From contig FR899774.1 of the NCBI GenBank assembly GCA_000437355.1, positions 114,595-178,594 on the forward strand: a stretch of 64,000 nucleotides of DNA, in the 5' to 3' direction. Positions within the stretch are counted from its first letter, which is position 1, and the number at the start of each line of letters is the position of its first letter. Shown here in pieces: positions 9,494 to 17,658 of this stretch. This DNA is from Firmicutes bacterium CAG:460. Its GTDB lineage: Bacteria > Bacillota_I > Bacilli_A > RF39 > UBA660. The notes under the pieces were generated by a model that was given only the letters and a program-made list of their open reading frames with translations, was not told where the DNA came from and ran no database searches. The translations under genes were made by a program, and so were the position numbers.

Positions 9494-11339
9494 ATTCCTT
9501 TTTTAAATAAATTGTTAAAACTGAGATATCAACTGGGTTTACTCCACTGATACGTGATGCTTGAGCAAGTGTTTTTGGTCTTATTTTTTCTAACTTTTGG
9601 CGTGCTTCACTAGCTAAGTTGGTAACTTTTTGATAATCAATATCTTCAGGTATTTGTTTTTCTTCTAATTTTGCTAATTTTTCAACTTCTTTATAGGCTT
9701 TTTTAATATAACCATCGTATTTAGCTTTTATTTCTACTTGTTCTTTTACTTCAGTAGGATAATCTAAAGTTATAAAGTTTTCAATAAATTCTAGATTTAT
9801 TTCTGGTCTTTTTAATAAATCATAATAATTTAAACCTGTCAAAGGTACATTTATGTTATTTTCATTAAATATTTTTGTTACTTCACTGGTTATATGAAGG
9901 GTATTTTCTTGTAAATACTTAGTTAATTCTTGTATTTTTTCTTCTTTATCTAGCAATCTTGCATATTGTTCTTCAGTAATTGTTCCAATATCATGGGCAT
10001 AGTGGCGAAGTCTTAAATCAGCATTATCATGTCTTAAAATAAGGCGAAATTCTGCACGAGAAGTTAACATACGATAAGGTTCTATTGTTCCTTTTGTTAC
10101 TAAGTCATCAATTAAAACACCGATGTAAGCATCACTTCTTTTTAGGATTAAAGCTTCTTTATTGTCTACTTTTAATGAGGCATTTATACCGGCGATTATC
10201 CCTTGGCCAGCAGCTTCTTCATAACCACTTGTACCATTGATTTGACCTGCAGTAAATAAATTTTCTAATACTTTATTTTCTAGTGATGGCTTTATTTGTA
10301 ATGGGTCAATGGCATCATATTCTATAGCATAAGCATATTTTGTTATTTCGGCATTTTCTAACCCATGTAAGCTATGAACCATTTTTTCTTGAACATCTTC
10401 TGGCATACTTGTGGAAAAACCTTGTAAATACCAATCATCATAGTAAAGACTTTCTGGTTCTAAAAATAGTTGATGTCTTTCTTTATCTGCAAATCTTACT
10501 ATTTTATCTTCAATTGATGGGCAATATCTAGGTCCTACTCCAGTTGCATAACCACCATACATTGCAGATTTATCAAGATTATCTCTGATAATTTGATGAG
10601 TTAATTCATTTGTGTATAATAAATAACATGATTTTTGGTCTTCAAGTTTGTATGAAGGAGCGAAGTCATTTGAAAAAGTCCAATAAGTGTTATCACCATG
10701 TTCTTCACTCATAACAGAAAAATCTATAGAACTTTTCTTTATTCTTTGTGGTGTTCCTGTTTTTAATCTAATTATTTTTAAACCATATTCATTTAATTTT
10801 GTTGATAAATAGTTACTTCTTCTTTCTCCATGAGGTCCTCCGGGAGTATTTTTACTACCAACTAAAATATTTCCACGTAAATAAGTACCAGTTGTTAAAA
10901 TAACTGTTTTACCAAATATTTTTTCGTTATTTTCAGTAATAACTCCTTTTACTACGTTATCTTCAACTATTAAATCTTCAACTAAAGCTTCTTTTATTTC
11001 TAAATTAGGCATTTTCATTAAATATTCTTGCATGTTTTTAGGATATGTAATTTTATCTGCTTGGGCACGTAGACTTCTTACAGCAGGCCCTTTAGAATTA
11101 TTAAGCATTTTTATTTGAATGTGTGAAATATCTGCAATATGTCCCATTAAACCACCGAGAGCATCAACTTCACGGACAATTATTCCTTTGGCAGTACCTC
11201 CGATTGATGGATTACATGGCATGTCCCCGATATTTTTGATATTTCCTGTTATAAGTAAAGTTTTTTTACCAATTTTAGCAGCGATATGACTTGCTTCAAT
11301 TCCTGCGTGTCCTCCTCCTACTACTATAACATCATACAT
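9474..11339 (-). CDS. mnmG: tRNA uridine 5-carboxymethylaminomethyl modification enzyme
   Basis: FAD motif MYDVIVVGGGHAGIEA. Start trimmed to ATG at 11339, which has an AGGTGA SD, leaving an 11-nt gap to the mnmE stop. Confidence 0.96.
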   Translation of the reverse strand: MYDVIVVGGGHAGIEASHIAAKIGKKTLLITGNIKNIGDMPCNPSIGGTAKGIIVREVDALGGLMGHIADISHIQIKMLNNSKGPAVRSLRAQADKITYPKNMQEYLMKMPNLEIKEALVEDLIVEDNVVKGVITENNEKIFGKTVILTTGTYLRGNILVGSKNTPGGPHGERRSNYLSTKLNEYGLKIIRLKTGTPQRIKKSSIDFSVMSEEHGDNTYWTFSNDFAPSYKLEDQKSCYLLYTNELTHQIIRDNLDKSAMYGGYATGVGPRYCPSIEDKIVRFADKERHQLFLEPESLYYDDWYLQGFSTSMPEDVQEKMVHSLHGLENAEITKYAYAIEYDAIDPLQIKPSLENKVLENLFTAGQINGTSGYEEAAGQGIIAGINASLKVDNKEALILKRSDAYIGVLIDDLVTKGTIEPYRMLTSRAEFRLILRHDNADLRLRHYAHDIGTITEEQYARLLDKEEKIQELTKYLQENTLHITSEVTKIFNENNINVPLTGLNYYDLLKRPEINLEFIENFITLDYPTEVKEQVEIKAKYDGYIKKAYKEVEKLAKLEEKQIPEDIDYQKVTNLASEARQKLEKIRPKTLAQASRISGVNPVDISVLTIYLKKEYGKNDN

Positions 11340-11350
11340 ATATTTTTCAC

Positions 11351-12700
11351 CTACTTTCCTAGACAAAAATTACTAAATATTTTGTCAATTAGTTCATTAT
11401 CATAACTGTCCCCAATAATTTGTCCTAGATACTCCCAGGCACTTTTTAAATCTATTTCTATCATATCAACAGAATAACCATTATCTAAGTTACTTTGGGC
11501 ACTTAATAAAGCTTCATGAGCTTTATTTATTAAATCTATTTCTCTTAGATTACATAGATAACTCATATCTTTATTTACAATATTATCTAAATTTAATTTA
11601 GTAATTATTCTTTCTTTTAATTTATCTAAACCATTTATATCTATGGTATTTCCATAAATTACATCTTGTAAATTAGTTGATAATACTAATTTTGTTTCTA
11701 AATCCATTTTATTTACAAAGATAATTAGTTTATCACTATTATATTTATCAAGCATTTGTTGTTCTTCTTCACTTAAAGCTTCGTTATTATTTAAAACAAG
11801 TAAAATTAAATCAGATGCATCAGCAGTTTTTTTACTTTTATCTACACCGATTTTTTCAACAATATCTTCAGTTTCACGAATTCCTGCTGTATCTATAAAA
11901 TTAATTGCTACCCCATTTAGGGTAATTGTTCCTTCAACTATGTCTCTAGTTGTTCCTGGAATATTTGTAACAATGGCTTTTTCTTCATCAAGTAAACTAT
12001 TTAAAATACTACTTTTACCTACATTTGGTTTACCTATTATAGCTATATTTACACCATTTTTAATAAGCCTGCCATTTTTAGAACCACTAACTAAACTATC
12101 TAATTCTTCTTTAATTTCATTTAAATATCCATGCATTAAATCTTCTGTTACTTGTAGTTCATCAGTATATTCTGGATAATCAATATTTACTTCAATATTA
12201 GCAAGTATTTTAGCGATTTTATCCCTTAAAGTGCTTATTTGTTTACTAAGCTTTCCATCAACATTATTTATTGCTAAAGTTCTAGCAGCATCTGTTTTGG
12301 CAACAATTAAATCATTAACACTTTCTGCTTCTAAAAGATTTATTCTACCATTTAAATATGCTCTTTTTGTAAATTCTCCAGGTTCTGCTAATCTACATCC
12401 AGATGCAAGTAAGACTTCCATTATTTTTTTAGTGGTATTTATTCCTCCATGACAATTTATTTCAATTGTATCTTCAGTTGTATAAGTCTTTGGTCCACGC
12501 ATTAACATTACTAATACTTCATCAATTACTTCTTCATTATATTTAATATGTCCATAATGAATTGTGTGGCTAGAAGCATTTTTTAAATCATGGTCAAAAA
12601 TACTATCTACAATGTTGATAGCTTCAGGACCAGTTAAACGCACAATAGATATTGCTCCGATACCCATTGAAGTTGATATTGCACAGATTGTATCTTCCAT
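11351..12700 (-). CDS. mnmE: tRNA modification GTPase
   Basis: G1 motif GKPNVGKSS, G3 motif DTAGIR, C-terminal CLGK tetrapeptide. Confidence 0.96.
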   Translation of the reverse strand: MEDTICAISTSMGIGAISIVRLTGPEAINIVDSIFDHDLKNASSHTIHYGHIKYNEEVIDEVLVMLMRGPKTYTTEDTIEINCHGGINTTKKIMEVLLASGCRLAEPGEFTKRAYLNGRINLLEAESVNDLIVAKTDAARTLAINNVDGKLSKQISTLRDKIAKILANIEVNIDYPEYTDELQVTEDLMHGYLNEIKEELDSLVSGSKNGRLIKNGVNIAIIGKPNVGKSSILNSLLDEEKAIVTNIPGTTRDIVEGTITLNGVAINFIDTAGIRETEDIVEKIGVDKSKKTADASDLILLVLNNNEALSEEEQQMLDKYNSDKLIIFVNKMDLETKLVLSTNLQDVIYGNTIDINGLDKLKERIITKLNLDNIVNKDMSYLCNLREIDLINKAHEALLSAQSNLDNGYSVDMIEIDLKSAWEYLGQIIGDSYDNELIDKIFSNFCLGK

Positions 12701-12704
12701 AAAA

Positions 12705-12730
12705 AATACTTCCTTTCATTCGGAAGTATT
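12705..12730 (-). terminator. Hairpin plus T-run directly upstream of the mnmE start, overlapping the mnmE SD and -10
   Basis: AATACTTCC (12705-12713) pairs with GGAAGTATT (12722-12730). On the minus strand it is followed by TTTTTT, then the ATG. A TGTTATAAT extended -10 (rc, around 12728-12736) overlaps the upstream arm. Confidence 0.5.
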
Positions 12731-12860
12731 ATAACATACTTTTTAATAAATATAAACATTTTATGTAGCCACAAGATTATTATTTTGTAATTTGTAATTC
12801 TATTTAAATCGTTGGATATAAATGGATTTTGATAAAAATGTTTTATCATATAAAATATTA

Positions 12861-14177
12861 TCAACATCCTTTTACATTATGAACTAATATATTACTTTCT
12901 GATACATAATAAGTATGGTTATTTGCTACCTCAAAATTATAAACAATATTATTTTCTTTCATATATTCAATTTTATTTATGTTTATAAGTTCATTATTAC
13001 TATCTAATAATTTGTCAGTTAATTTCAAATCTTTAACAGCTATCCATTCGTAGTTGTTATTTCTTAATACATAAAATCTATGATATGGTGTAACTCTAAT
13101 TATTTCATTATTTAAATATAAATTATAAATTTCAATATCTTCATGAATAAATGTTTTTGTAACTTTGTTTAATTCAACTTTATTTGTTGTTTCATTGTAT
13201 GAGTATACAATGTCATTAACTCTAATGTCTTCAATATTTTTATAACCATTTTTAGTAAATATTTTTGTACCAGCTGTAAAACAAGATACAGTTACAGTTT
13301 CGGTTGTATATGTTTCAGATTTATTTCCCTCATTATCAATTATATACACTGTAAAATTAAATTCTCCTCCATTACAAAAAAGTCTATCATCCGTCGGTAT
13401 ATAATATGTAAATTCATTTAAAGATCTTGATTGTTGTTCAAAATATTCTCCTTCTTTACTTGGATTAGTTTTTTTTGCTTTAATATAAGAAGTACTGATC
13501 TCATTTTTGCTTGTATATTGAATATTTAATTTTATAACCCTCCAGTCTGCACTTACAACTGTAATAGAGTTAATAACAGGTTTTGATGCTTTAGTTGTAC
13601 TACTTAATGTATAATTAGATGATTTATTGCCTTTTGTATCATCAACATAAACTACAATATTATACGTTGTGCTATCATCAAGACTACTAAATGTATAAGT
13701 ATTACTGTTACTTTCTGTAAATGTTGTTCCATTATCTTTAGAATAATAATATTTATTTACATCAAATGTTCCCTTTTTAGATGTAGAATTTATCGTTATT
13801 GTACTATCTGTTACTTCTGTTACGGATGCGATTATCGTTGGTAAAATTAATTTATCAAAATAAATATAGCATTTATCTGACATATTTCCTGTCATTAAAA
13901 TAACTTTTCTTGTATCATCCCAACTTAGTTCTCCACCATTTTCACATTTTGATAATGTTGCATTAAAAAGATATCCAGTTGTTGGCCAATTTTCTCCAGA
14001 AGACATAATATAATCTCCACTATCATTTTCTAAATAATATGATAATAAATTTTTCTTTTTTCTAACAACTAGATTGTTCTCATCTTGAAATTCAATTTTC
14101 TCATTATTAGAAATTACATTTATTGTTATTGTGCATGCGATAAATACAGATGCTACTATCGCTAATTTTTTTCTCAC
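12861..14177 (-). CDS. Predicted lipoprotein with two FN3/Ig-like beta modules and a C-terminal Hint (intein/Hedgehog-type autoprocessing) domain
   Basis: GTG start with TAAGGA SD. Lipobox VFIAC (Cys16). The Hint domain spans residues 299-434: CFTAGTKIF (block A), TPYHRF (block B TxxH) and NHTYYVSESNILVHN (blocks F/G). Only VKGC follows. Confidence 0.75.
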   Translation of the reverse strand: MRKKLAIVASVFIACTITINVISNNEKIEFQDENNLVVRKKKNLLSYYLENDSGDYIMSSGENWPTTGYLFNATLSKCENGGELSWDDTRKVILMTGNMSDKCYIYFDKLILPTIIASVTEVTDSTITINSTSKKGTFDVNKYYYSKDNGTTFTESNSNTYTFSSLDDSTTYNIVVYVDDTKGNKSSNYTLSSTTKASKPVINSITVVSADWRVIKLNIQYTSKNEISTSYIKAKKTNPSKEGEYFEQQSRSLNEFTYYIPTDDRLFCNGGEFNFTVYIIDNEGNKSETYTTETVTVSCFTAGTKIFTKNGYKNIEDIRVNDIVYSYNETTNKVELNKVTKTFIHEDIEIYNLYLNNEIIRVTPYHRFYVLRNNNYEWIAVKDLKLTDKLLDSNNELININKIEYMKENNIVYNFEVANNHTYYVSESNILVHNVKGC

Positions 14178-14213
14178 TATATCACATCCTTACTTAATAA
14201 TATAATATTATTT

Positions 14214-14251
14214 TAAGCCAAAATGGCTTAAATGTCAATAAGCCATTTTGG
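14214..14251. promoter_or_regulatory. Two copies of a palindromic operator-like site in the divergent promoter region between the Hint gene and the XRE gene
   Basis: TAAGCCAAAATGGCTTA (14214-14230; AAGCCA/TGGCTT inverted repeat) and TAAGCCATTTTGG (14239-14251), which matches the reverse complement of the first site. Confidence 0.45.
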
Positions 14252-14282
14252 AATATGATATCTTTTTGTTGTAGGTGAAAAT

Positions 14283-14528
14283 ATGAATAGACTTAAAGAA
14301 TTACGTGAAGATAAAGATATAATACAGAAAGATATAGCTAAAATACTAGGAATAACACAGACTGGTTACTCTAAATATGAAGTTGAAACTAATGATATAC
14401 CAACTGATGTGTTAAAAAAATTAGCTAAGTTTTATAATACCTCAATTGATTATTTATTATATCTTACTGATGAGAGAAAACCTTATCCTAAATCTATTAT
14501 GGACATAGAAAAAACAAGTTCAAAATAA
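14283..14528 (+). CDS. XRE-family helix-turn-helix transcriptional regulator
   Basis: LKELREDKDIIQKDIAKILGITQTGYSKYE..IPTDVLKKLAKFYNTSIDYLL is the canonical Cro/C1-type HTH. Confidence 0.85.
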   Translation: MNRLKELREDKDIIQKDIAKILGITQTGYSKYEVETNDIPTDVLKKLAKFYNTSIDYLLYLTDERKPYPKSIMDIEKTSSK

Positions 14529-14542
14529 TACATGAACTTGTT

Positions 14543-14875
14543 TTAGTTTGTAACTTTAGCATTTAAAGAGTCAGCATAACCAATTAATCTAAGTTGGTCT
14601 TCAGTAGCTAAATAAGTAAATTTTTCTAATAGTGCTATTTCTTTTTCACTTAGGTTTTTTGTAATATATTTTATTGGGGTATCATCATCTGTTAAACCCA
14701 GCAAATAGTCTGTTGAAGTTTCTAAATATTTTGCTAATTTTATTAATACTGTTGCACTTGGATAACCAACTCCAGACTCATACATACTTATTGATTCTTG
14801 AGTTACTCCAACTTCTAAAGCTACATTCAATTGGTTCTTATGTCTTTTTTCTCTAATTTTTCTTAGATTTTCCAT
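14543..14875 (-). CDS. XRE-family helix-turn-helix transcriptional regulator with C-terminal extension
   Basis: LRKIREKRHKNQLNVALEVGVTQESISMYESGVGYPSATVLIKLAKYLETSTDYLL. ATG at 14875 preferred over the GTG at 14893. Confidence 0.8.
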   Translation of the reverse strand: MENLRKIREKRHKNQLNVALEVGVTQESISMYESGVGYPSATVLIKLAKYLETSTDYLLGLTDDDTPIKYITKNLSEKEIALLEKFTYLATEDQLRLIGYADSLNAKVTN

Positions 14876-15074
14876 GTTACTTATTCCTTTCACAAATTAA
14901 TTTTATAATATTAATTTATACTAAAAATAAGTATATATTATATTCTTTATAAAATAAATTTATACAGGCAATAATTTATTATGGTTATAGACATTTTCTT
15001 TACTTATGAAACTAAGAGATTATTGATTATTTTGAAATAATACTTTATAATTTAGCTAGAATATGGAGGTTACT

Positions 15075-15395
15075 ATGAAAAAGTTACTATATGTAAGTAT
15101 AATTTTTGTTGCTGTTTTGGGTATTTCTATTTATATTAATGGTAATAAAAAATTAGATAGTAATATAAATAATGATAAGTATGATACTTTAGGTTTATTA
15201 CTTGAAACTGAAGTTGGTTCTGGAATTTATGAAACATCTAGTTCTGATACTTACCCAACTAGTGGTTATAAATTTAATAGTGAGTTATCGAAATGTGAAA
15301 ATGGCGGAGAACTTTCTTGGGATGATGTAAATAAAAAAGTGGTTTTTTCAGGAAATGTTTCTGATAAATGTTATATCTATTTTGATAAAGAATAA
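15075..15395 (+). CDS. Small secreted/membrane-anchored protein, paralogue of the N-terminal module of the Hint lipoprotein
   Basis: ATG at 15075 with GGAGG SD and an N-terminal hydrophobic anchor. SGIYETSSSDTYPTSGYKFNSELSKCENGGELSWDD..GNVSDKCYIYFDK aligns with residues 53-109 of the 12861-14177 product at about two-thirds identity. Confidence 0.7.
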   Translation: MKKLLYVSIIFVAVLGISIYINGNKKLDSNINNDKYDTLGLLLETEVGSGIYETSSSDTYPTSGYKFNSELSKCENGGELSWDDVNKKVVFSGNVSDKCYIYFDKE

Positions 15396-15399
15396 TCTT

Positions 15400-15423
15400 A
15401 GAACCAAGTATGGTTCTTTTTTT
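15400..15423 (+). terminator. Rho-independent terminator
   Basis: AGAACCA-agta-TGGTTCT followed by TTTTTT. Confidence 0.8.
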
Positions 15424-15444
15424 GTAGGATTTATGGGATGGTTG

Positions 15445-15522
15445 CACCAAATTCCTGCTTTTTCTTTCGCATTTTCACACATTTTTCCATGGTTTTTACA
15501 CTTAATTTTACACAAAATTTCT
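15445..15522 (+). repeat. Left copy of an imperfect ~75-nt direct repeat bracketing the AAA ATPase gene
   Basis: CACCAAATTCC..ATTTTCACACATTTTTCC..ATTTTACACAAAATTTC aligns with 16920-16993. Blocks CACAAAATTCC, ATTTTACACATTTTTCC and ATTTTACACAAAATT are shared, about three-quarters identity by eye. Confidence 0.6.
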
Positions 15523-15552
15523 TAAAAAAAGTAGTTTTTATTTTAACTACTT

Positions 15553-16893
15553 TTATAGTTTTGTCTCAGATATGTATCTTTTTAGTAAGAATGTTAAAAA
15601 ATATGGAAATGTGTAAAATTTACCATTAAAACCAATGTTTTTACTACATAACTTAATACCATATTTTATATCTTTGTACTTTTCGCTATTTATCAAGTTG
15701 TTCAATGAAACAGTTGCATTATCATTTGCTTTAACTTCAACTGGAATTAATGAATTTTTATCTCTAATAAAGAAATCCATTTCTATTGTGCCTTTTTCAT
15801 TTTTATAAAAATACAACCTGTATCCTTCTTTAACTAGCATTTCCCCAATAATATTTTCATATATTGCACCTTTATAAGTATTAAAATTATTATTTTTTCT
15901 TAAATCTTCTTGAGCTTCATCATCTAATGATGCAATTAATAATCCAGTATCTGAGAAATATAATCTATAATTTTCTGGATTATAATTTCCTTTTAAAGGT
16001 AGTTCACAGACCTCCATGCAATATGATATATTCACTATTCCAGCATCAGACAACCAATCTGATACACCTCGATATTCACGATTTCTAGCACCTTCAGTTA
16101 TTTTTGAAATTTGAAATTTCTTGTTTTCATTTCCTAAAAATGCAGCTATCTTTCTATATGCATTTAAAACTCTTGCTTTATCTAAACCTTGAGCATATTT
16201 TGCTATATCCTCTTCATAGTCAAGTAATATTTGTTTTTGCATATCTAGGATGCCACTAAAGTTTTTTTCCTCTACAAATTTAGATACAATGGCTGGCATA
16301 CCACCAACTAACATATATTCTTTAAATAATTCCATCATCACATTCATTTCTGTACTTGATAAAGGTGTACAATTTTTCATACATACATAAAGGTCCTCTA
16401 TTTGACTTTCTTTATAACCTTTAGCCCATAAAAATTCTTCAAAATCCATTGAATACATAATGTAATCCTGTTTATTACCTACACTATTTGACTCAATTTC
16501 ATTATAATTAATGCCCATCATTGAACCAGAACATATTACATCAAACCTTTTATCAATATTAAACGACTTTAATGATGTTGCACAATTAATACAATCTTGA
16601 ATTTCATCGAAAAATATTAATGTTTCGCCAGGTTCAAAAACAAGCTCATTATTAATTAATGATATATTTTTAATTATTTCATCTACTCCAAAGCCACTGT
16701 CAAATATGCTTTTATATTCTTTATGTATTGCAAAATTTATTTCAATAAAGTTTTTATAATTATTTTTCGCAAAATTTTCTATTGCATCTGTTTTTCCTAT
16801 TTGTCTAGCACCTTTTACTATAAGTGGCATTTTAAAATCTGAGTTTTTCCAATCTATTAAAAATTGGTCAATTTTTCGCTTTAATCTTGGCAT
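15553..16893 (-). CDS. AAA+ ATPase of the AAA_14/DUF4143 type
   Basis: Walker A GARQIGKT and Walker B LIFFDEIQ. The long C-terminal region has the DUF4143-like layout. GAGGTGA SD upstream of ATG at 16893. Confidence 0.75.
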   Translation of the reverse strand: MPRLKRKIDQFLIDWKNSDFKMPLIVKGARQIGKTDAIENFAKNNYKNFIEINFAIHKEYKSIFDSGFGVDEIIKNISLINNELVFEPGETLIFFDEIQDCINCATSLKSFNIDKRFDVICSGSMMGINYNEIESNSVGNKQDYIMYSMDFEEFLWAKGYKESQIEDLYVCMKNCTPLSSTEMNVMMELFKEYMLVGGMPAIVSKFVEEKNFSGILDMQKQILLDYEEDIAKYAQGLDKARVLNAYRKIAAFLGNENKKFQISKITEGARNREYRGVSDWLSDAGIVNISYCMEVCELPLKGNYNPENYRLYFSDTGLLIASLDDEAQEDLRKNNNFNTYKGAIYENIIGEMLVKEGYRLYFYKNEKGTIEMDFFIRDKNSLIPVEVKANDNATVSLNNLINSEKYKDIKYGIKLCSKNIGFNGKFYTFPYFLTFLLKRYISETKL

Positions 16894-16919
16894 TTTTATT
16901 CACCTCATTATTAATTTAT

Positions 16920-16993
16920 CACAAAATTCCAGTTATTTCAAGATATTTTACACATTTTTCCTCTTTTTTTTGACTTATTTTACACAAAATTCC
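16920..16993 (+). repeat. Right copy of the direct repeat bracketing the AAA ATPase gene (also its promoter region)
   Basis: CACAAAATTCC..ATTTTACACATTTTTCC..ATTTTACACAAAATTCC; see 15445-15522. Confidence 0.6.
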
Positions 16994-17043
16994 ACGTAAT
17001 TTAGTTCGTTTTTTACTTTTTTTTCCAGAATTATAGTATTTAA

Positions 17044-17064
17044 AAACCGCTGTTATAGCGGTTT
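17044..17064 (-). terminator. Hairpin overlapping the jag stop codon
   Basis: AAACCGCT-gttat-AGCGGTTT, flanked by A/T runs on both sides, so possibly bidirectional. Confidence 0.5.
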
Positions 17065-17658
17065 AATTACGATATGTCTGTTTGGTTCTTCGCCTTCACT
17101 TTCGGTTTTTACACCTTTAAAATCAGTTAAGGCACTGTGAACTATTCTTCTTTCATAAGAAGTCATGTTATCTAAAGCAACTGGAACATTTGTAGAGGCT
17201 ACTTCTTTAGCTGTTTTTTTTGCTAACCATTCTAGTCTTTTAATGTTCTTTTCTTTATAATTTGAAACATCTAAATTAAATTTATAATATATTCCTGTTG
17301 TATTTTGAATATATTGTTTTGCTAACGTTTCTAAAGCTTTTAGGGTTGCACCTTCTTTACCAATTAAGATATAGTCTTTATTAGAAAACATTCTTATTGT
17401 AACTCTGTCATCTTTATTAGTAAGTTCCATTGTTACTTCAAGTCCCATGTTTTCTACAACTTTTCTTAAGAATTCTTTAATTTCATTGTTGATATCAGTC
17501 TTTAAATAGGCTGTTACTTCATAGATAGTTCCTTGAAATAACTTACCTTTTTTAACTGTGCTTGTGTAAAGGAATTCTTCTTTTGAAAGATTATTTTCTT
17601 CCATTAAAGCACTTAGTGCTGCTTCAATACTTTTTCCCTCTTTAATTATCTTTTCCAT
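17053..17658 (-). CDS. jag: KH/R3H RNA-binding protein Jag (KhpB)
   Basis: Jag N-terminal domain, KH-like core, R3H motif (SYERRIVHSAL). Downstream of yidC as usual. Confidence 0.88.
   Translation of the reverse strand: MEKIIKEGKSIEAALSALMEENNLSKEEFLYTSTVKKGKLFQGTIYEVTAYLKTDINNEIKEFLRKVVENMGLEVTMELTNKDDRVTIRMFSNKDYILIGKEGATLKALETLAKQYIQNTTGIYYKFNLDVSNYKEKNIKRLEWLAKKTAKEVASTNVPVALDNMTSYERRIVHSALTDFKGVKTESEGEEPNRHIVIKPL

Noticed and set aside
12634-12867. A 77-aa ORF spanning the mnmE start and the intergenic region.
   Set aside because: It overlaps the mnmE N-terminus out of frame and covers the promoter and terminator elements. It has no SD and a hydrophobic junk-like sequence.
13462-13480. 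Homopolymeric A/T tracts inside the Hint gene and other surface-protein genes as phase-variation switches.
   Set aside because: Runs of 7-8 A/T occur throughout this AT-rich window, including in housekeeping genes. There is no specific enrichment or evidence of length variation.
15438-15629. A 63-aa plus-strand ORF downstream of the small secreted protein gene.
   Set aside because: It lies inside the left direct repeat and overlaps the 3' end of the ATPase gene. It has no SD and starts just after a strong terminator.
12861-16893. The islet as a prophage remnant or a polymorphic-toxin/immunity locus.
   Set aside because: Two XRE regulators are the only phage-like genes, and there is no integrase, structural or lysis gene. 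The Hint domain is not followed by a toxin domain, and no small immunity-like ORF follows it. Neither label can be supported.
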